Both the position numbers and the translations under genes were made by a program. Source: an uncultured virus (IMG/VR IMGVR_UViG_3300034019_000699) (Duplodnaviria > Heunggongvirae > Uroviricota > Caudoviricetes). Taken from it: a DNA stretch of 64,000 bases. Location of the stretch: IMG/VR virus record IMGVR_UViG_3300034019_000699; one strand, given 5' to 3'. Shown here piece by piece: positions 9,897-19,460 of this stretch; position 1 is the stretch's first letter, and every line of letters starts with the position of its first letter. Below the pieces are notes generated by a model, which saw only the letters and a list, made by a program, of their open reading frames with translations, did no database searches and was not told where the DNA came from.

Positions 9897-9917
9897 TCAA
9901 AAATACAAATAAGATTT

Positions 9918-9958
9918 GACGGTTGTTATTTGACAGCCGTCTTTTCTTATGCTATAAT
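9918..9958 (+). terminator. intrinsic terminator overlapping the hsp20 promoter
   Basis: GACGGTTGT/ACAGCCGTC hairpin plus TTTTCTT; contains TTGACA-N17-TATAAT. Confidence 0.6.
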
Positions 9959-10015
9959 ATTTATGCCTGCCCATATGGGGGGTAATTTAACTTATTCGCT
10001 TGAAAGGGGAATAAA

Positions 10016-10435
10016 ATGAAACAAACATGGTCAACACTGGATCTATTTAATGATCCTTTTTTTATTGGCTTCAACAGAGAGTTGAATCGCCTAAACAATG
10101 CATACAAAACAAACTCACAGTCATATCCACCTTATGATCTTATCAAACTAGATGAAGATACATATAGGATATCTCTTGCGGTTGCTGGTTTTTCCAAGGG
10201 AGATATTGATGTCTCAGTAGACAATGGAACTCTTATTATTAAGGGAGAGATTGTAGATGTAATAGATGCAGAGGTAGTCCATAAGGGTATAGCAGGACGA
10301 AAGTTCGTAAGATCTTTTGCTCTTGGTGAGTATATGGAAGTGACCTCGGCAGAACTAAAAGATGGCATGCTAAATGTAAATGTCATCAGGGTAGTTCCAG
10401 AAGAAAAGAAACCTAAGTCTATTAAAATTAAGTAG
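10016..10435 (+). CDS. hsp20: small heat-shock protein Hsp20 (IbpA-like)
   Basis: SYPPYDLIK...LAVAGF...HKGIAGRKFVRSF...DGML. Confidence 0.93.
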   Translation: MKQTWSTLDLFNDPFFIGFNRELNRLNNAYKTNSQSYPPYDLIKLDEDTYRISLAVAGFSKGDIDVSVDNGTLIIKGEIVDVIDAEVVHKGIAGRKFVRSFALGEYMEVTSAELKDGMLNVNVIRVVPEEKKPKSIKIK

Positions 10436-10450
10436 TATAATAGACAGTAT

Positions 10451-10551
10451 TCCGTCATGATACATGCAGTTGCTTATAGCAACCTTATTGCTGAGTACGG
10501 AGGACCAGGGTAATTACCTGGGGGACCTGAGCAAGTCTACTAAACTGCTCC
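10451..10551 (+). ncRNA. candidate structured RNA ending in pseudoknot copy 2
   Basis: TAGTATAAT upstream; stems TCCGT/ACGGA, GTTGCT/AGCAAC, CCAGG/CCTGG; GGAC-CTGAGCAA-GTCT-ACTAAAC-TGCTC at 10523-10550. Confidence 0.55.
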
Positions 10552-10573
10552 ATTATTATGTTACAATATAGTT

Positions 10574-10656
10574 GTCCCCATACAGGACCTTAGAGATGGC
10601 TTAGTTACCCATTGATATATACCGTGGCCTTCGTGCCTGAATTGCCTGTATGGGGC
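10574..10656 (+). ncRNA. candidate small RNA closed by an 11-bp stem
   Basis: TGTTACAAT upstream; CCCCATACAGG (10576) / CCTGTATGGGG (10645). Confidence 0.55.
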
Positions 10657-10694
10657 TTCTAATGCCCTTAAAAGGCTATATAATGGGTATATCT

Positions 10695-10970
10695 ATGACA
10701 GACAAAGAGTTGTCCGCTTACAATAAGAAACAGTTTAAGCAGAGACTTACAGAGATAAAAGAGGCTGCTGGTTGTGCTGATTGTGGGAATAAGAACCCTA
10801 TAGTCTTAGATTTTGATCACCTAGGAAATAAAAAATACAATGTTTCAAGGATGGTCCACGACGGGATGTCCTGGAAGGCCATTAAAAAAGAGATAGAAAA
10901 GTGCGAGGTAGTTTGTGCCAACTGCCACAGGATAAGGACTCATAATAGGTTTTTAGGTCTTACAAAGTGA
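10695..10970 (+). CDS. HNH endonuclease
   Basis: CADCG...LDFDH...CEVVCANCHRIRT. Confidence 0.85.
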   Translation: MTDKELSAYNKKQFKQRLTEIKEAAGCADCGNKNPIVLDFDHLGNKKYNVSRMVHDGMSWKAIKKEIEKCEVVCANCHRIRTHNRFLGLTK

Positions 10971-10982
10971 TATAATAGTTAG

Positions 10983-11960
10983 ATGTTAAAAGAAGGCGAC
11001 TTTGTTATGGGATCAACCTCTGAGGGGGTTATTCATGGCGTTATAGAGCACATTATGACTGAGGGTGGAATACTTGGTACTCCTGGATCAGAATATGCTT
11101 TGGTTTCAATGCCACCAGAAAACCCAGCAATGTCAGTTAGAATACACAAAGAAGAAAACGGTACATGGAAGCCAACAGCATACAGTATTGGCATGATGTA
11201 CAAGGATGCTGAAAAAGCAGATATGGATAATCATTCAATGGATTCAGAGGTTGCTATGGCAATGTACGATTCGCAGATGGGCAAGTCGTATAAAGAAGAA
11301 GAAAAGATTAAAAAAGAATACGAAGGCTGTGGCTGTCCAATGTGTAAAGAACTAAATGTTACATGCGAAGAATGTCCTCAGTGTCAGGCTGGAGAAATGA
11401 AATCAGATTGCTGTGGTAATGTAAGTAAGCAAGCACCTTGTTGGGATGGATATGTTCAAAGAGGAATGAAGCCAGGAGACAATGGTAAGCCAGTTCCTAA
11501 TTGTGTACCTGCTGCAAAAGCAGATGATCTATTTGAAGATGATGATACAGTTGAATACGAAACAGATTCAGTTTCAAAAGCGGACGGATACTCACCACCA
11601 GCAGGAGCAAGATCTGCTGCTCGTAGAGCAATTAAGTTTAAGGAAGATGGAAAAGCAAATGGTGCTGGAACTGCAGTTGGTTGGACTCGTGCAGGGCAGT
11701 TAGCAAGAGGAGAAACTATCTCTCTCAGTACTGTTAAGAGAATGTTCTCGTACTTCTCACGCCATGAAGTAGACAAGAAGGGTAAGGACTGGGGCAACTC
11801 AGCAAACCCATCTAACGGATATATTATGTGGCTTGCATGGGGTGGAGATGCAGGATTCTCTTGGTCAAGAGGAATTGTTAATCGTGAAAAAGATAAAGCA
11901 TTGTTTGCCGAATTTGGTAAAGATCATACCAAGGTACAAAGAGAAACACACACGATATAA
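10983..11960 (+). CDS. multi-module phage protein (Cys-rich; CWDGY..VPNCVP module; helical C-terminal module)
   Basis: Leaderless TGATATAAT promoter; C-terminal STVKRMFSYFSRHEVDK...WLAWGGDAG module recalled from phage head-associated proteins. Confidence 0.6.
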   Translation: MLKEGDFVMGSTSEGVIHGVIEHIMTEGGILGTPGSEYALVSMPPENPAMSVRIHKEENGTWKPTAYSIGMMYKDAEKADMDNHSMDSEVAMAMYDSQMGKSYKEEEKIKKEYEGCGCPMCKELNVTCEECPQCQAGEMKSDCCGNVSKQAPCWDGYVQRGMKPGDNGKPVPNCVPAAKADDLFEDDDTVEYETDSVSKADGYSPPAGARSAARRAIKFKEDGKANGAGTAVGWTRAGQLARGETISLSTVKRMFSYFSRHEVDKKGKDWGNSANPSNGYIMWLAWGGDAGFSWSRGIVNREKDKALFAEFGKDHTKVQRETHTI

Positions 11961-12287
11961 TGGGAAACAGAAAAGCATCTGGGAAGTTTAGGACAAAGCA
12001 TCCATTTAATCCTGTTCAGATTAAAGACGGAATGATTGTTCGTTTAAGAAAAGACGGGACAGTTAAAGCAGTCCTTGGTAAATATGGAGAGTATAAGAAG
12101 GATAAGGGCTAATTAGTTTTATTAAATAAGGCTATTAATTCAGCAGTGTATTTTTCATAATCCATTTCAACAATTAAGTTACCATCTATTAATTTATGAA
12201 TCTTGATGTCTTTTCCTATTTCAAAAAGAATATCTTTTATTTCTTTTTCTAGATCCATAAATCAATTATATCAGAGTAAAATTTAGG

Positions 12288-12350
12288 AGGGTGTGGTGTT
12301 GCAACATAGGCTATAAAAGTTTCCCGACAAATATAGGCTAACCACACCCT
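12288..12350 (-). ncRNA. candidate small RNA closed by a 10-bp stem
   Basis: Minus-strand TGATATAAT at 12358-12366; AGGGTGTGGT/ACCACACCCT; two AGCCTAT in the loop. Confidence 0.5.
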
Positions 12351-12368
12351 TGATACTATTATATCACC

Positions 12369-13793
12369 CTACCTACAGATTGTGAAGTTGTATTCTTTTT
12401 CCCATTTAACAATATCAGCCTCGTCATTTAGCAATGGCTGTCCCTTAATGTTAAGACTTGTGTTTAAAAGGACGGGAACACCAGTTTCAAGGTAAAATTT
12501 ATTGATTGCTCTCCATAGGCCACGGTGTTGATCTTTATTTACAGTCTGAACCCTTGAAGTTCCATCTGCATGAACTACAGATGGGATCTTTTCTGGTTGT
12601 AGACACTTGACGGTATATTGCATATAAGGGCTTGCAAAGTCCATATCAAACCATTTAGATGCACACTCTTCCATAACTACTGGAGCAAATGGACGAAACA
12701 ACTCTCTTTGTTTAATTAGATTGACTTTATCTTTAATGTTTGGATCTCTTGGATCTGCAAGTATGCTTCTATTTCCCAGTGCTCGTGGACCGTACTCGGC
12801 TCTACCTGTTGCTACTGCTACGATTCCATCTTTTAATATACCGTCCACAATTTGCTGAACAGGATACTTGCCTCCAAGATTATAGCCAAGATAAGGAGTC
12901 TTCCATTCAAGGTGCTTTCCGTATAGGGCTGCTGCTGCACCCAAAGAACTACCAGCATCTCCTGGGTTTGGCATGATCCAAATCATATCAAAAATATTCC
13001 ACAGCAATGTATTTGCTGAAGAGTTAAGGGCACAACCACCCATAAATACCAAATTCTTTTTACCAGTAATAGAGTATGCCATATGCATAAAGTCATTAAG
13101 TCTTTGTTGATATACTACTTGTACCGCTGCAGCAATATCAAACCTATCTTGTTCTGTAATAGTCATGCACCAGTCATTAATTCCTTTATGAAAGTTATAT
13201 TTTTGTTGATCATATTTTGGAAAATACTCATCTACTTCTTTATAATATCTTTTCCAATTTCCATAAGCAGCCATGCCCATCATAATATATTCTTCTTGAT
13301 TTGGCATTAGCCCAATCAACTTTGTAAATGCAGAATAAAATAATCCAAAACTAACAGGATAGTTTTGCTTATACTTTAGTTTAATCTTATCTCCTTCACC
13401 AACCCATATTGTAGATGTGTTGTATTCACCAATTGCATCAAGCACTACGATTGCAGCACTACTAAAGGCGCTTGTATAGTAGCCTGCTGCTGCATGGGAA
13501 TAGTGGTGGCTAAAAGATTTTCTTGGAATACTATCTATGCTAAACCTTGGCTTCCATTCCCCAGATCCACCCCTTAAAGCCAGCCTGGAGGCCTTTAGGA
13601 ATGGCTTTTCATAGTAGGCAATGTGATCTGGTCTACCATATTGTAAGGCATCTTTTATTAAACTATCATTCACATACCAGTCATTTTTTTGCTTGCTATA
13701 TCTTTCAGCATGCCCTGCAAAAAGTATCTCTCCATCTTCAATTAATGACACAGATGCGTCGTGAGAAGTTTCATTTATTCCCAATATTATCAT
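12369..13793 (-). CDS. carbamoyltransferase (NodU/CmcH/TobZ family)
   Basis: HDAS...AERYSK, HHYSHAA, GGCALN, EYGPRALGNRSIL, RPFAP, LLNTSLN. Confidence 0.93.
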   Translation of the reverse strand: MIILGINETSHDASVSLIEDGEILFAGHAERYSKQKNDWYVNDSLIKDALQYGRPDHIAYYEKPFLKASRLALRGGSGEWKPRFSIDSIPRKSFSHHYSHAAAGYYTSAFSSAAIVVLDAIGEYNTSTIWVGEGDKIKLKYKQNYPVSFGLFYSAFTKLIGLMPNQEEYIMMGMAAYGNWKRYYKEVDEYFPKYDQQKYNFHKGINDWCMTITEQDRFDIAAAVQVVYQQRLNDFMHMAYSITGKKNLVFMGGCALNSSANTLLWNIFDMIWIMPNPGDAGSSLGAAAALYGKHLEWKTPYLGYNLGGKYPVQQIVDGILKDGIVAVATGRAEYGPRALGNRSILADPRDPNIKDKVNLIKQRELFRPFAPVVMEECASKWFDMDFASPYMQYTVKCLQPEKIPSVVHADGTSRVQTVNKDQHRGLWRAINKFYLETGVPVLLNTSLNIKGQPLLNDEADIVKWEKEYNFTICR

Positions 13794-13871
13794 TAGTAAA
13801 TAAAGTTTTTCTTTTTTCTTTTTCTATTTTTAAAAAATAGAACTATTTTATAATACATCCATTTAATTTCA

Positions 13872-14855
13872 TTAATCATTTTTTATTTGTTCATACCTTT
13901 CAACAAATTTTTCTGCTATGTGCTGATGTACATGAATGCCCCAATGTCCCAATTTTTTTTTGCCATCATAATCCGCAGCCCAGTTATAGAGAACATTATC
14001 TTTAAAATCTTTATGACATTCTTTGTGTTTATTCTCCATTAAAAGATTAGTTTCAGAACTATATTTGTTTTTACTAAATACATTGTTTAAATATTGAAAT
14101 TCTCCCAATACATTTGATGTATTTATATAATTTTTTAATACATTTTTTGAGTTTTGTTTTATATGAGAGTTAATACCCTCATCGTCTTCATAAAAACTCC
14201 AAATTAGTTTTATATTATTAGACTCGCAATATTGTTCTAAAAATTTTACAAACATAAAATTATAAAACAAAACAAAATTTTTAGGAATTACACGAGACGG
14301 ATCGTGTGGCGCTTTAGAAAATTTTAATAAACCAGGTTCATAAAAATATGATACAGATATGCGAGGCGCTTCATCTTTTTTGGTTTCTAAAGAATTTCCT
14401 GTACTAAATTCAAATTTTCCTGGAGTTAAAACATATTCCATCCTATACAAAGGAAGTAGTGCTAGAATTATTTTAGGATTTCCTATTTCTTCAAAATATT
14501 TAAATGCTTTATATACCTGCCCCCCAGCGCTATCACCCATAATTGCCAATCTAGAATATTTTTTATTTAAATATTTGCAAACAAGATCAGGCCATGTGAA
14601 ATTATTTGGAATTCCAGTTCCAAATGTTTGAGAGCATCCTAATACTAAAACTTCGTTATCTTTGTCAAACTGATCCGACCTATACCCATGATTATTTATA
14701 TCATAATATACCACATCTACAGTATCAATCGGATTTGTCTGTCCTGCACCACGATCAATTTCTGCAACTGTAGATAATTGTGACAAGGTTCTATCAAATA
14801 AGCAAGTTTCTAAATAATTTTTTAAAAGTTCATCTTCTATAAGTATGGGATCCAT
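13872..14855 (-). CDS. SGNH/GDSL-like hydrolase-fold protein
   Basis: YDINNHGYRS...VLGCSQTFG...HWG; start revised to MDPIL. Confidence 0.6.
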   Translation of the reverse strand: MDPILIEDELLKNYLETCLFDRTLSQLSTVAEIDRGAGQTNPIDTVDVVYYDINNHGYRSDQFDKDNEVLVLGCSQTFGTGIPNNFTWPDLVCKYLNKKYSRLAIMGDSAGGQVYKAFKYFEEIGNPKIILALLPLYRMEYVLTPGKFEFSTGNSLETKKDEAPRISVSYFYEPGLLKFSKAPHDPSRVIPKNFVLFYNFMFVKFLEQYCESNNIKLIWSFYEDDEGINSHIKQNSKNVLKNYINTSNVLGEFQYLNNVFSKNKYSSETNLLMENKHKECHKDFKDNVLYNWAADYDGKKKLGHWGIHVHQHIAEKFVERYEQIKND

Positions 14856-14865
14856 TTTTTTTATT

Positions 14866-15291
14866 TTACAATTCTGATACCTGATAAGAACTAGGATAAT
14901 GGGTAATAGATCCATCTGTAGATATTAAAAATTTTTCAAAATTCCAGCCAATGTCTGCTCTACCAGTAACTTCTTTGCAGTACTTATATATTGGATGGGC
15001 ATTTGGTCCATTTACATCTACCTTTTTAGAAATTGTAAAGGTTACACCATAATTTGTTGTACAGAAATCTTTAATTTCTTGATCTGTACCTGGCTCTTGA
15101 TTGCCAAATTGATTACATGGAAACCCAATTACAACTGTATTTTCATTTTGTATTTTTTGCAAATCCGCATACTGTGTAGTATAGCCACAATGGCTTGCGG
15201 TATTTACTATTAATATATTTTTTCCTTTAAAATTATTTAGTTTTATTTCATTTCCAAAGTTATCAGTAAGTGATAAATCATATATGCTCAT
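14866..15291 (-). CDS. glutathione peroxidase family protein (Cys type)
   Basis: VNTASHCGYT, GFPCNQFGNQEP and WNFEKFL motifs. Confidence 0.93.
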   Translation of the reverse strand: MSIYDLSLTDNFGNEIKLNNFKGKNILIVNTASHCGYTTQYADLQKIQNENTVVIGFPCNQFGNQEPGTDQEIKDFCTTNYGVTFTISKKVDVNGPNAHPIYKYCKEVTGRADIGWNFEKFLISTDGSITHYPSSYQVSEL

Positions 15292-15358
15292 AAAAATTTC
15301 TCCTTTAAGGTCTATAGTTTAATTATACCATAAAGGAGAAATATTATATTTTAATATA

Positions 15359-16168
15359 TTAAACAGCAATTAGTTCTTGATCAACAGAATGAACATATGC
15401 TGGGTTTACAATTGATTTTTCTCCAGCCATCAATCTTTCGATATGATCACGAATAACTGCGTTTTCTTCGTTGAATATGTACTCAGATCTATCAGGACCC
15501 ATTTTAGGATCTTGTCCCTTTGCAATAAGGTCTTCTTTTAGTGTGCGCTCTACATCCCAGTTTAATGTTGTAGCAGGATAATGCTTAACTACATAACCAT
15601 CTTTGTCAATTAAATATTTTTCAAAGTTAGCATTCATCATAACTCCACCATCATGTTCGTTTAAGTAGCGTGATTCGTAATCTGTTTTTTCAACAATACC
15701 AAGTTCTTTTTTCTTTTCCATAATTGCTAAAACTTGTCTTGAAACTTCTAAATAAAGTTCGTGTCTTTCTCCAAATGGTTGACCATTTCCGTTAAGTCCT
15801 GGACCTTTGCCAAGCCATGGTGCTTCTAATGGAATATCTGCGGGATTAGATGTGATCATTTCTGAGAATGGGAATGTAACACCATAAACATCTTCTCCGT
15901 ATAACTTAGAATCCATACCACAAGTAATGCCTTGTGACCACTTTCCTTTTGTAATGCTTGGTCCACAAAAATCATTAGTAGGAATTGCTACAACGGTAAA
16001 GTCTTCTCCAGCCAGGTCTTCTTGAATCCATTCAATAGACTCCATTTGTCCAGCGTTACCACAACCAACAGTCGTATTGATTAATAGCACTGCCTTGCCC
16101 TTGAATTGCTGCAAAAAGTGTGGTTCTTTTTCTGCAGATGGTAATTCTATGTCATATATTGATTTCAT
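15359..16168 (-). CDS. divergent, extended glutathione peroxidase-like protein
   Basis: INTTVGCGNAGQ, AIPTNDFC and NFEKYLIDKDG motifs. Confidence 0.75.
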   Translation of the reverse strand: MKSIYDIELPSAEKEPHFLQQFKGKAVLLINTTVGCGNAGQMESIEWIQEDLAGEDFTVVAIPTNDFCGPSITKGKWSQGITCGMDSKLYGEDVYGVTFPFSEMITSNPADIPLEAPWLGKGPGLNGNGQPFGERHELYLEVSRQVLAIMEKKKELGIVEKTDYESRYLNEHDGGVMMNANFEKYLIDKDGYVVKHYPATTLNWDVERTLKEDLIAKGQDPKMGPDRSEYIFNEENAVIRDHIERLMAGEKSIVNPAYVHSVDQELIAV

Positions 16169-16210
16169 TTAAGACCTCCTAAAGGTTATGATAATATTAT
16201 AACACCCATT

Positions 16211-16894
16211 TTAGCAGTCTTCTGCGGTGCTAACTGGTGCCTTTTCAACATCTATAAACGAGTTTCCGTAAAGTGTGTGTCTTGAGTTAGGACCTAAAAC
16301 TCTTTTTACTCTGTGTTTGTATAGGTCTCCGTCTGCAATATGAGCAAGCATGCCAGCCTTTGGCTTAATTGTTATTGGAAGGTTTCCAAACTCTAACTCT
16401 CCACCATCAAAGTCGTCGTTAAGGTATAGGCTAAATGAACCCTGAATGTTTGCTTCAGCACCAGGATCCTGATGCCAATACATCGCAAAGTCTATATTTG
16501 TTGTATCAACTTTTGATTCTGTAAACCATTCTAAATCTAAGCGTTCTTGAATTTCTTCCTCTGTTAAATATTTAAATGTTTGTAGTGTTGCATGTCTTTT
16601 ATATCCTGGAGGTAAAACAGAATCAAGCCTATCCCAAATCCCCCCTGGATCAGAAAAAAGTGGAAGGCTGACTACTACTGAGTCCTTATCAGGAAATTTT
16701 ATATTTCCATCATCATGATAAGAAGGAACTATGTCTAAAAATTTGTTTAATATATTTTTGTATGGAGACCTCATTGTTGGGTACCATCCATTTGGGTCAT
16801 CGGTTTGTACTTTAAACCATGCCAACTCTTCTGTTGTTAAAAAATCTTCAATAACCCAAATTTTTTTGGCCTCGTCCAAATATATTTTATTCAT
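16211..16894 (-). CDS. 2OG-Fe(II) oxygenase
   Basis: WHQD...YLNDDFDGGEL...HRV...R. Confidence 0.85.
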   Translation of the reverse strand: MNKIYLDEAKKIWVIEDFLTTEELAWFKVQTDDPNGWYPTMRSPYKNILNKFLDIVPSYHDDGNIKFPDKDSVVVSLPLFSDPGGIWDRLDSVLPPGYKRHATLQTFKYLTEEEIQERLDLEWFTESKVDTTNIDFAMYWHQDPGAEANIQGSFSLYLNDDFDGGELEFGNLPITIKPKAGMLAHIADGDLYKHRVKRVLGPNSRHTLYGNSFIDVEKAPVSTAEDC

Positions 16895-16932
16895 AACAAT
16901 ATGATACCATAGTTTTTATTTTAAGCATTTTG

Positions 16933-17646
16933 TCAGCAGTCGTCCTTTGTGCTTAATGGAATTTCTGGTGTTGACCAGCATTGGCCATATAGCGTGTGCC
17001 TATCATTAGGGCCTAAAACTTTCTTAACTCTATGCTCAAACTCTTTTCCTACTGGTATATTTATTAGCATGCCAGCCTTTGGCTTGATAGCATGACCACT
17101 TTTAAACTCTATCTCTCCACCTTCAAAATCATCATTAAGATAAATAGAGTGTGAGGCTGTTCTGTTTTTATTTTTACCAGTGTCTTCCCAGTGCCAATCC
17201 ATCGCATAGTCAATGTCCTTAGCATCTTCTGGGTTAGATCTAATAGCATGCATTTCTGCATCACCAAGAGACATACTTTCGTCTCTATCTCTTTCTATTT
17301 CTTCATCAGTGCAATACTTAAAGGTTTGAATTCCGCTATTGGGTCCATAGCCTTCTGGGAGAACAGATTCTAATCTTTTCCAAATGCCGTCTTCTTTAGA
17401 AAAAATATCCCAAACTTCTTGAACTCTTACGCTATTTTCAGTGGGAATTGAAAGTGTCCCGTCTGGCTCATACTCTGGTATATGCATTGGCCATCTGTTT
17501 AATATGTTTTTGTATGGAGATCTCATAGTTTTGTACCAGGCACCTGGAGCATCCCAATATTTTTTTAATATATTTAGTTCTTCTTTAGTTAAAAAATCTT
17601 CTATAAACCAAACGCCATCGCCTTTATCTAAATATATTTTTTCCAT
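16933..17646 (-). CDS. 2OG-Fe(II) oxygenase, paralog of 16211-16894
   Basis: WHWE...YLNDDFEGGEI...HRV...R; shares TMRSPYKNILN. Confidence 0.85.
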   Translation of the reverse strand: MEKIYLDKGDGVWFIEDFLTKEELNILKKYWDAPGAWYKTMRSPYKNILNRWPMHIPEYEPDGTLSIPTENSVRVQEVWDIFSKEDGIWKRLESVLPEGYGPNSGIQTFKYCTDEEIERDRDESMSLGDAEMHAIRSNPEDAKDIDYAMDWHWEDTGKNKNRTASHSIYLNDDFEGGEIEFKSGHAIKPKAGMLINIPVGKEFEHRVKKVLGPNDRHTLYGQCWSTPEIPLSTKDDC

Positions 17647-17670
17647 TTATATATAATACCATACTTTTAG

Positions 17671-17743
17671 TATCTCCAACGGGATTCGAACCCGTGTTGC
17701 CACCGTGAAAGGGTGGAGTCCTAGGCCACTAGACCATGGAGAC
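17671..17743 (-). tRNA. tRNA-Glu(TTC)
   Basis: GTCTCCA...CCACC-CTTTCAC-GGTGG...GGTTCGAATCC; CCA not encoded. Confidence 0.93.
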
Positions 17744-17747
17744 ATAG

Positions 17748-17821
17748 TAGAGCAGGTAGGACTTGAACCTACGATAACCGAATTATGAGTTCGGGGCCTT
17801 AACCAACTTGGCTACTGCTCC
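17748..17821 (-). tRNA. tRNA with CAT anticodon (elongator Met or lysidine-modified Ile2)
   Basis: GGAGCAG...CCGAA-CTCATAA-TTCGG...GGTTCAAGTCC; lacks initiator GGG/CCC anticodon stem. Confidence 0.9.
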
Positions 17822-18021
17822 CCGTATTTTAGTTTGATATAGATCTTAGACCAGAAGAAATAATTTCTTGTCTTTTGGCAATTAGTTTGCGTTCATGTTT
17901 TGACAAGTATGGCTTATCTTTTAGTCTTTTCTTATTTTTTGCATAACGCTTTGCTTTGTGTTGAGATAACTTATTATTATTTTTTTTCATAGTCTAATCA
18001 TATCATAGTTGACTGTTCTAG

Positions 18022-18471
18022 TCAACCACGATCACCGTCCCAATCTCCTATTTTTGTAGTAGGAATTCCATTATCCTGCCACAATTTTATAACATATGGG
18101 TTGTCATCTATCGCATGAACAACATCCCAAAGTTCTGTAATCCTATTAAGGATATCCCTTTTGGTTTCGTAATCTGGCCTGTGATCATCGTCTGCCCTCA
18201 TAAAAAGTGCATGACACTTTATCTTATTTCTTGCAAGCCACAGAGAGGTTATACCACGATACTTTTCTTTTCTAGATGTAACAATTATTATAGAGTGGTC
18301 ATCACTAGCAGAATTATTTAGCATCTCAACAACTTCCACATTTGGCAGGGCATCAATAGAAGAATAATGAAAGGCATCGTAATCTTTATTGCCATTACGA
18401 ACATAGTGCAAGAACGGATCTACATTAGCAAGAGTTCCATCTACATCATAAATGTGTGCTGTAGGCTTCAA
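18022..18471 (-). CDS. HAD phosphatase (polynucleotide kinase 3'-phosphatase-like)
   Basis: YDVDGTL, VTSR, LFMR...RPDYETK, IDD. Confidence 0.85.
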   Translation of the reverse strand: MKPTAHIYDVDGTLANVDPFLHYVRNGNKDYDAFHYSSIDALPNVEVVEMLNNSASDDHSIIIVTSRKEKYRGITSLWLARNKIKCHALFMRADDDHRPDYETKRDILNRITELWDVVHAIDDNPYVIKLWQDNGIPTTKIGDWDGDRG

Positions 18472-18568
18472 TTATGCTCTTTCATATGTCTTGCTAGAGA
18501 CTCATTGGCCATGATTCCCCATCTTAGTTCCCACTCTTTTTTGCAAACAGAACATACAACCATTCTAC

Positions 18569-18925
18569 TCATATTCCGTTATCCTCCATATACTTTAATC
18601 TTTCTTCTGTGTCATTCACAGGACCACCTTCGTCTTCCCACTTTTCCCAATACGCAATACCATTTTCATCATAGTCATCCCACTCAGGACCAGACATGTC
18701 TACTTTAAAAGACAAAAGGTCTACCATATAGTATGTGCCCCATTTTTCATAAGGTTTGTTTAAATAGTGCCAAACTTTTGTATGAAACTTAAAACGAGGT
18801 CCAAAGTTTTCATCATCTTGTAGGTTAAATGCTTTAACTAAACTATTGCTTGAAATTTGACCACACAGATTTCCAATCCATCTTAATGGAACGATCTTAG
18901 TTTTTTCTACTCTTTGTGATATCAC
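18569..18925 (-). CDS. hypothetical protein
   Basis: 118-aa ORF in a minus-strand run. Confidence 0.55.
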   Translation of the reverse strand: MISQRVEKTKIVPLRWIGNLCGQISSNSLVKAFNLQDDENFGPRFKFHTKVWHYLNKPYEKWGTYYMVDLLSFKVDMSGPEWDDYDENGIAYWEKWEDEGGPVNDTEERLKYMEDNGI

Positions 18926-19202
18926 CTGTTACTCAAAATCTTTTTGGTTTTCAAACATGTTGGTCATATAATTGTTTTTGCCTCTTGCTATGTGTGCAGC
19001 AGCCATTCGCATGCCTATTGCATTTGTTACTGATGATTCAATAGGAAGGGCTTCAATCTCTCTTGCTATTTCTTCTCTTAGTGCCATTTCATCTATGCTC
19101 ATACTGTTTCCAATCTTTAGTTCTGATCAACTTTGTATGTCATTACAAAATAGCATACAACATATCCAGCAATAAAAGCAGGGATAAGAAAAAATAAACT
19201 AA

Positions 19203-19460
19203 TCATGTGCGTTCTCCTAAAGTATCTGTTTTGTGTAATTGTTTCCAATAAAAGTATGACCTCATATATACAATGGTATATGCAATTGCAGCAAAGATAA
19301 ATCCATACTGCTTAGTAACTATTGCGTAGTAGATCCACATAGCCTCATTAAGAGTGGCCCATAGCCATGCCCATATTTGTTTTCTGCCAATAAAATAGAT
19401 TGCTGCTACACCACTAGAAGCAAGTACCCATGAGGCATAGTCGTTCATCCATTGTTCCAT
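19203..19460 (-). CDS. PnuC-like small membrane protein
   Basis: Three TMs; GRKQIWAWLW...MWIYYA. Confidence 0.55.
   Translation of the reverse strand: MEQWMNDYASWVLASSGVAAIYFIGRKQIWAWLWATLNEAMWIYYAIVTKQYGFIFAAIAYTIVYMRSYFYWKQLHKTDTLGERT

Noticed and set aside
14866..16168. Selenocysteine peroxidases
   Set aside because: Active-site codons are TGT (Cys); no in-frame TGA.
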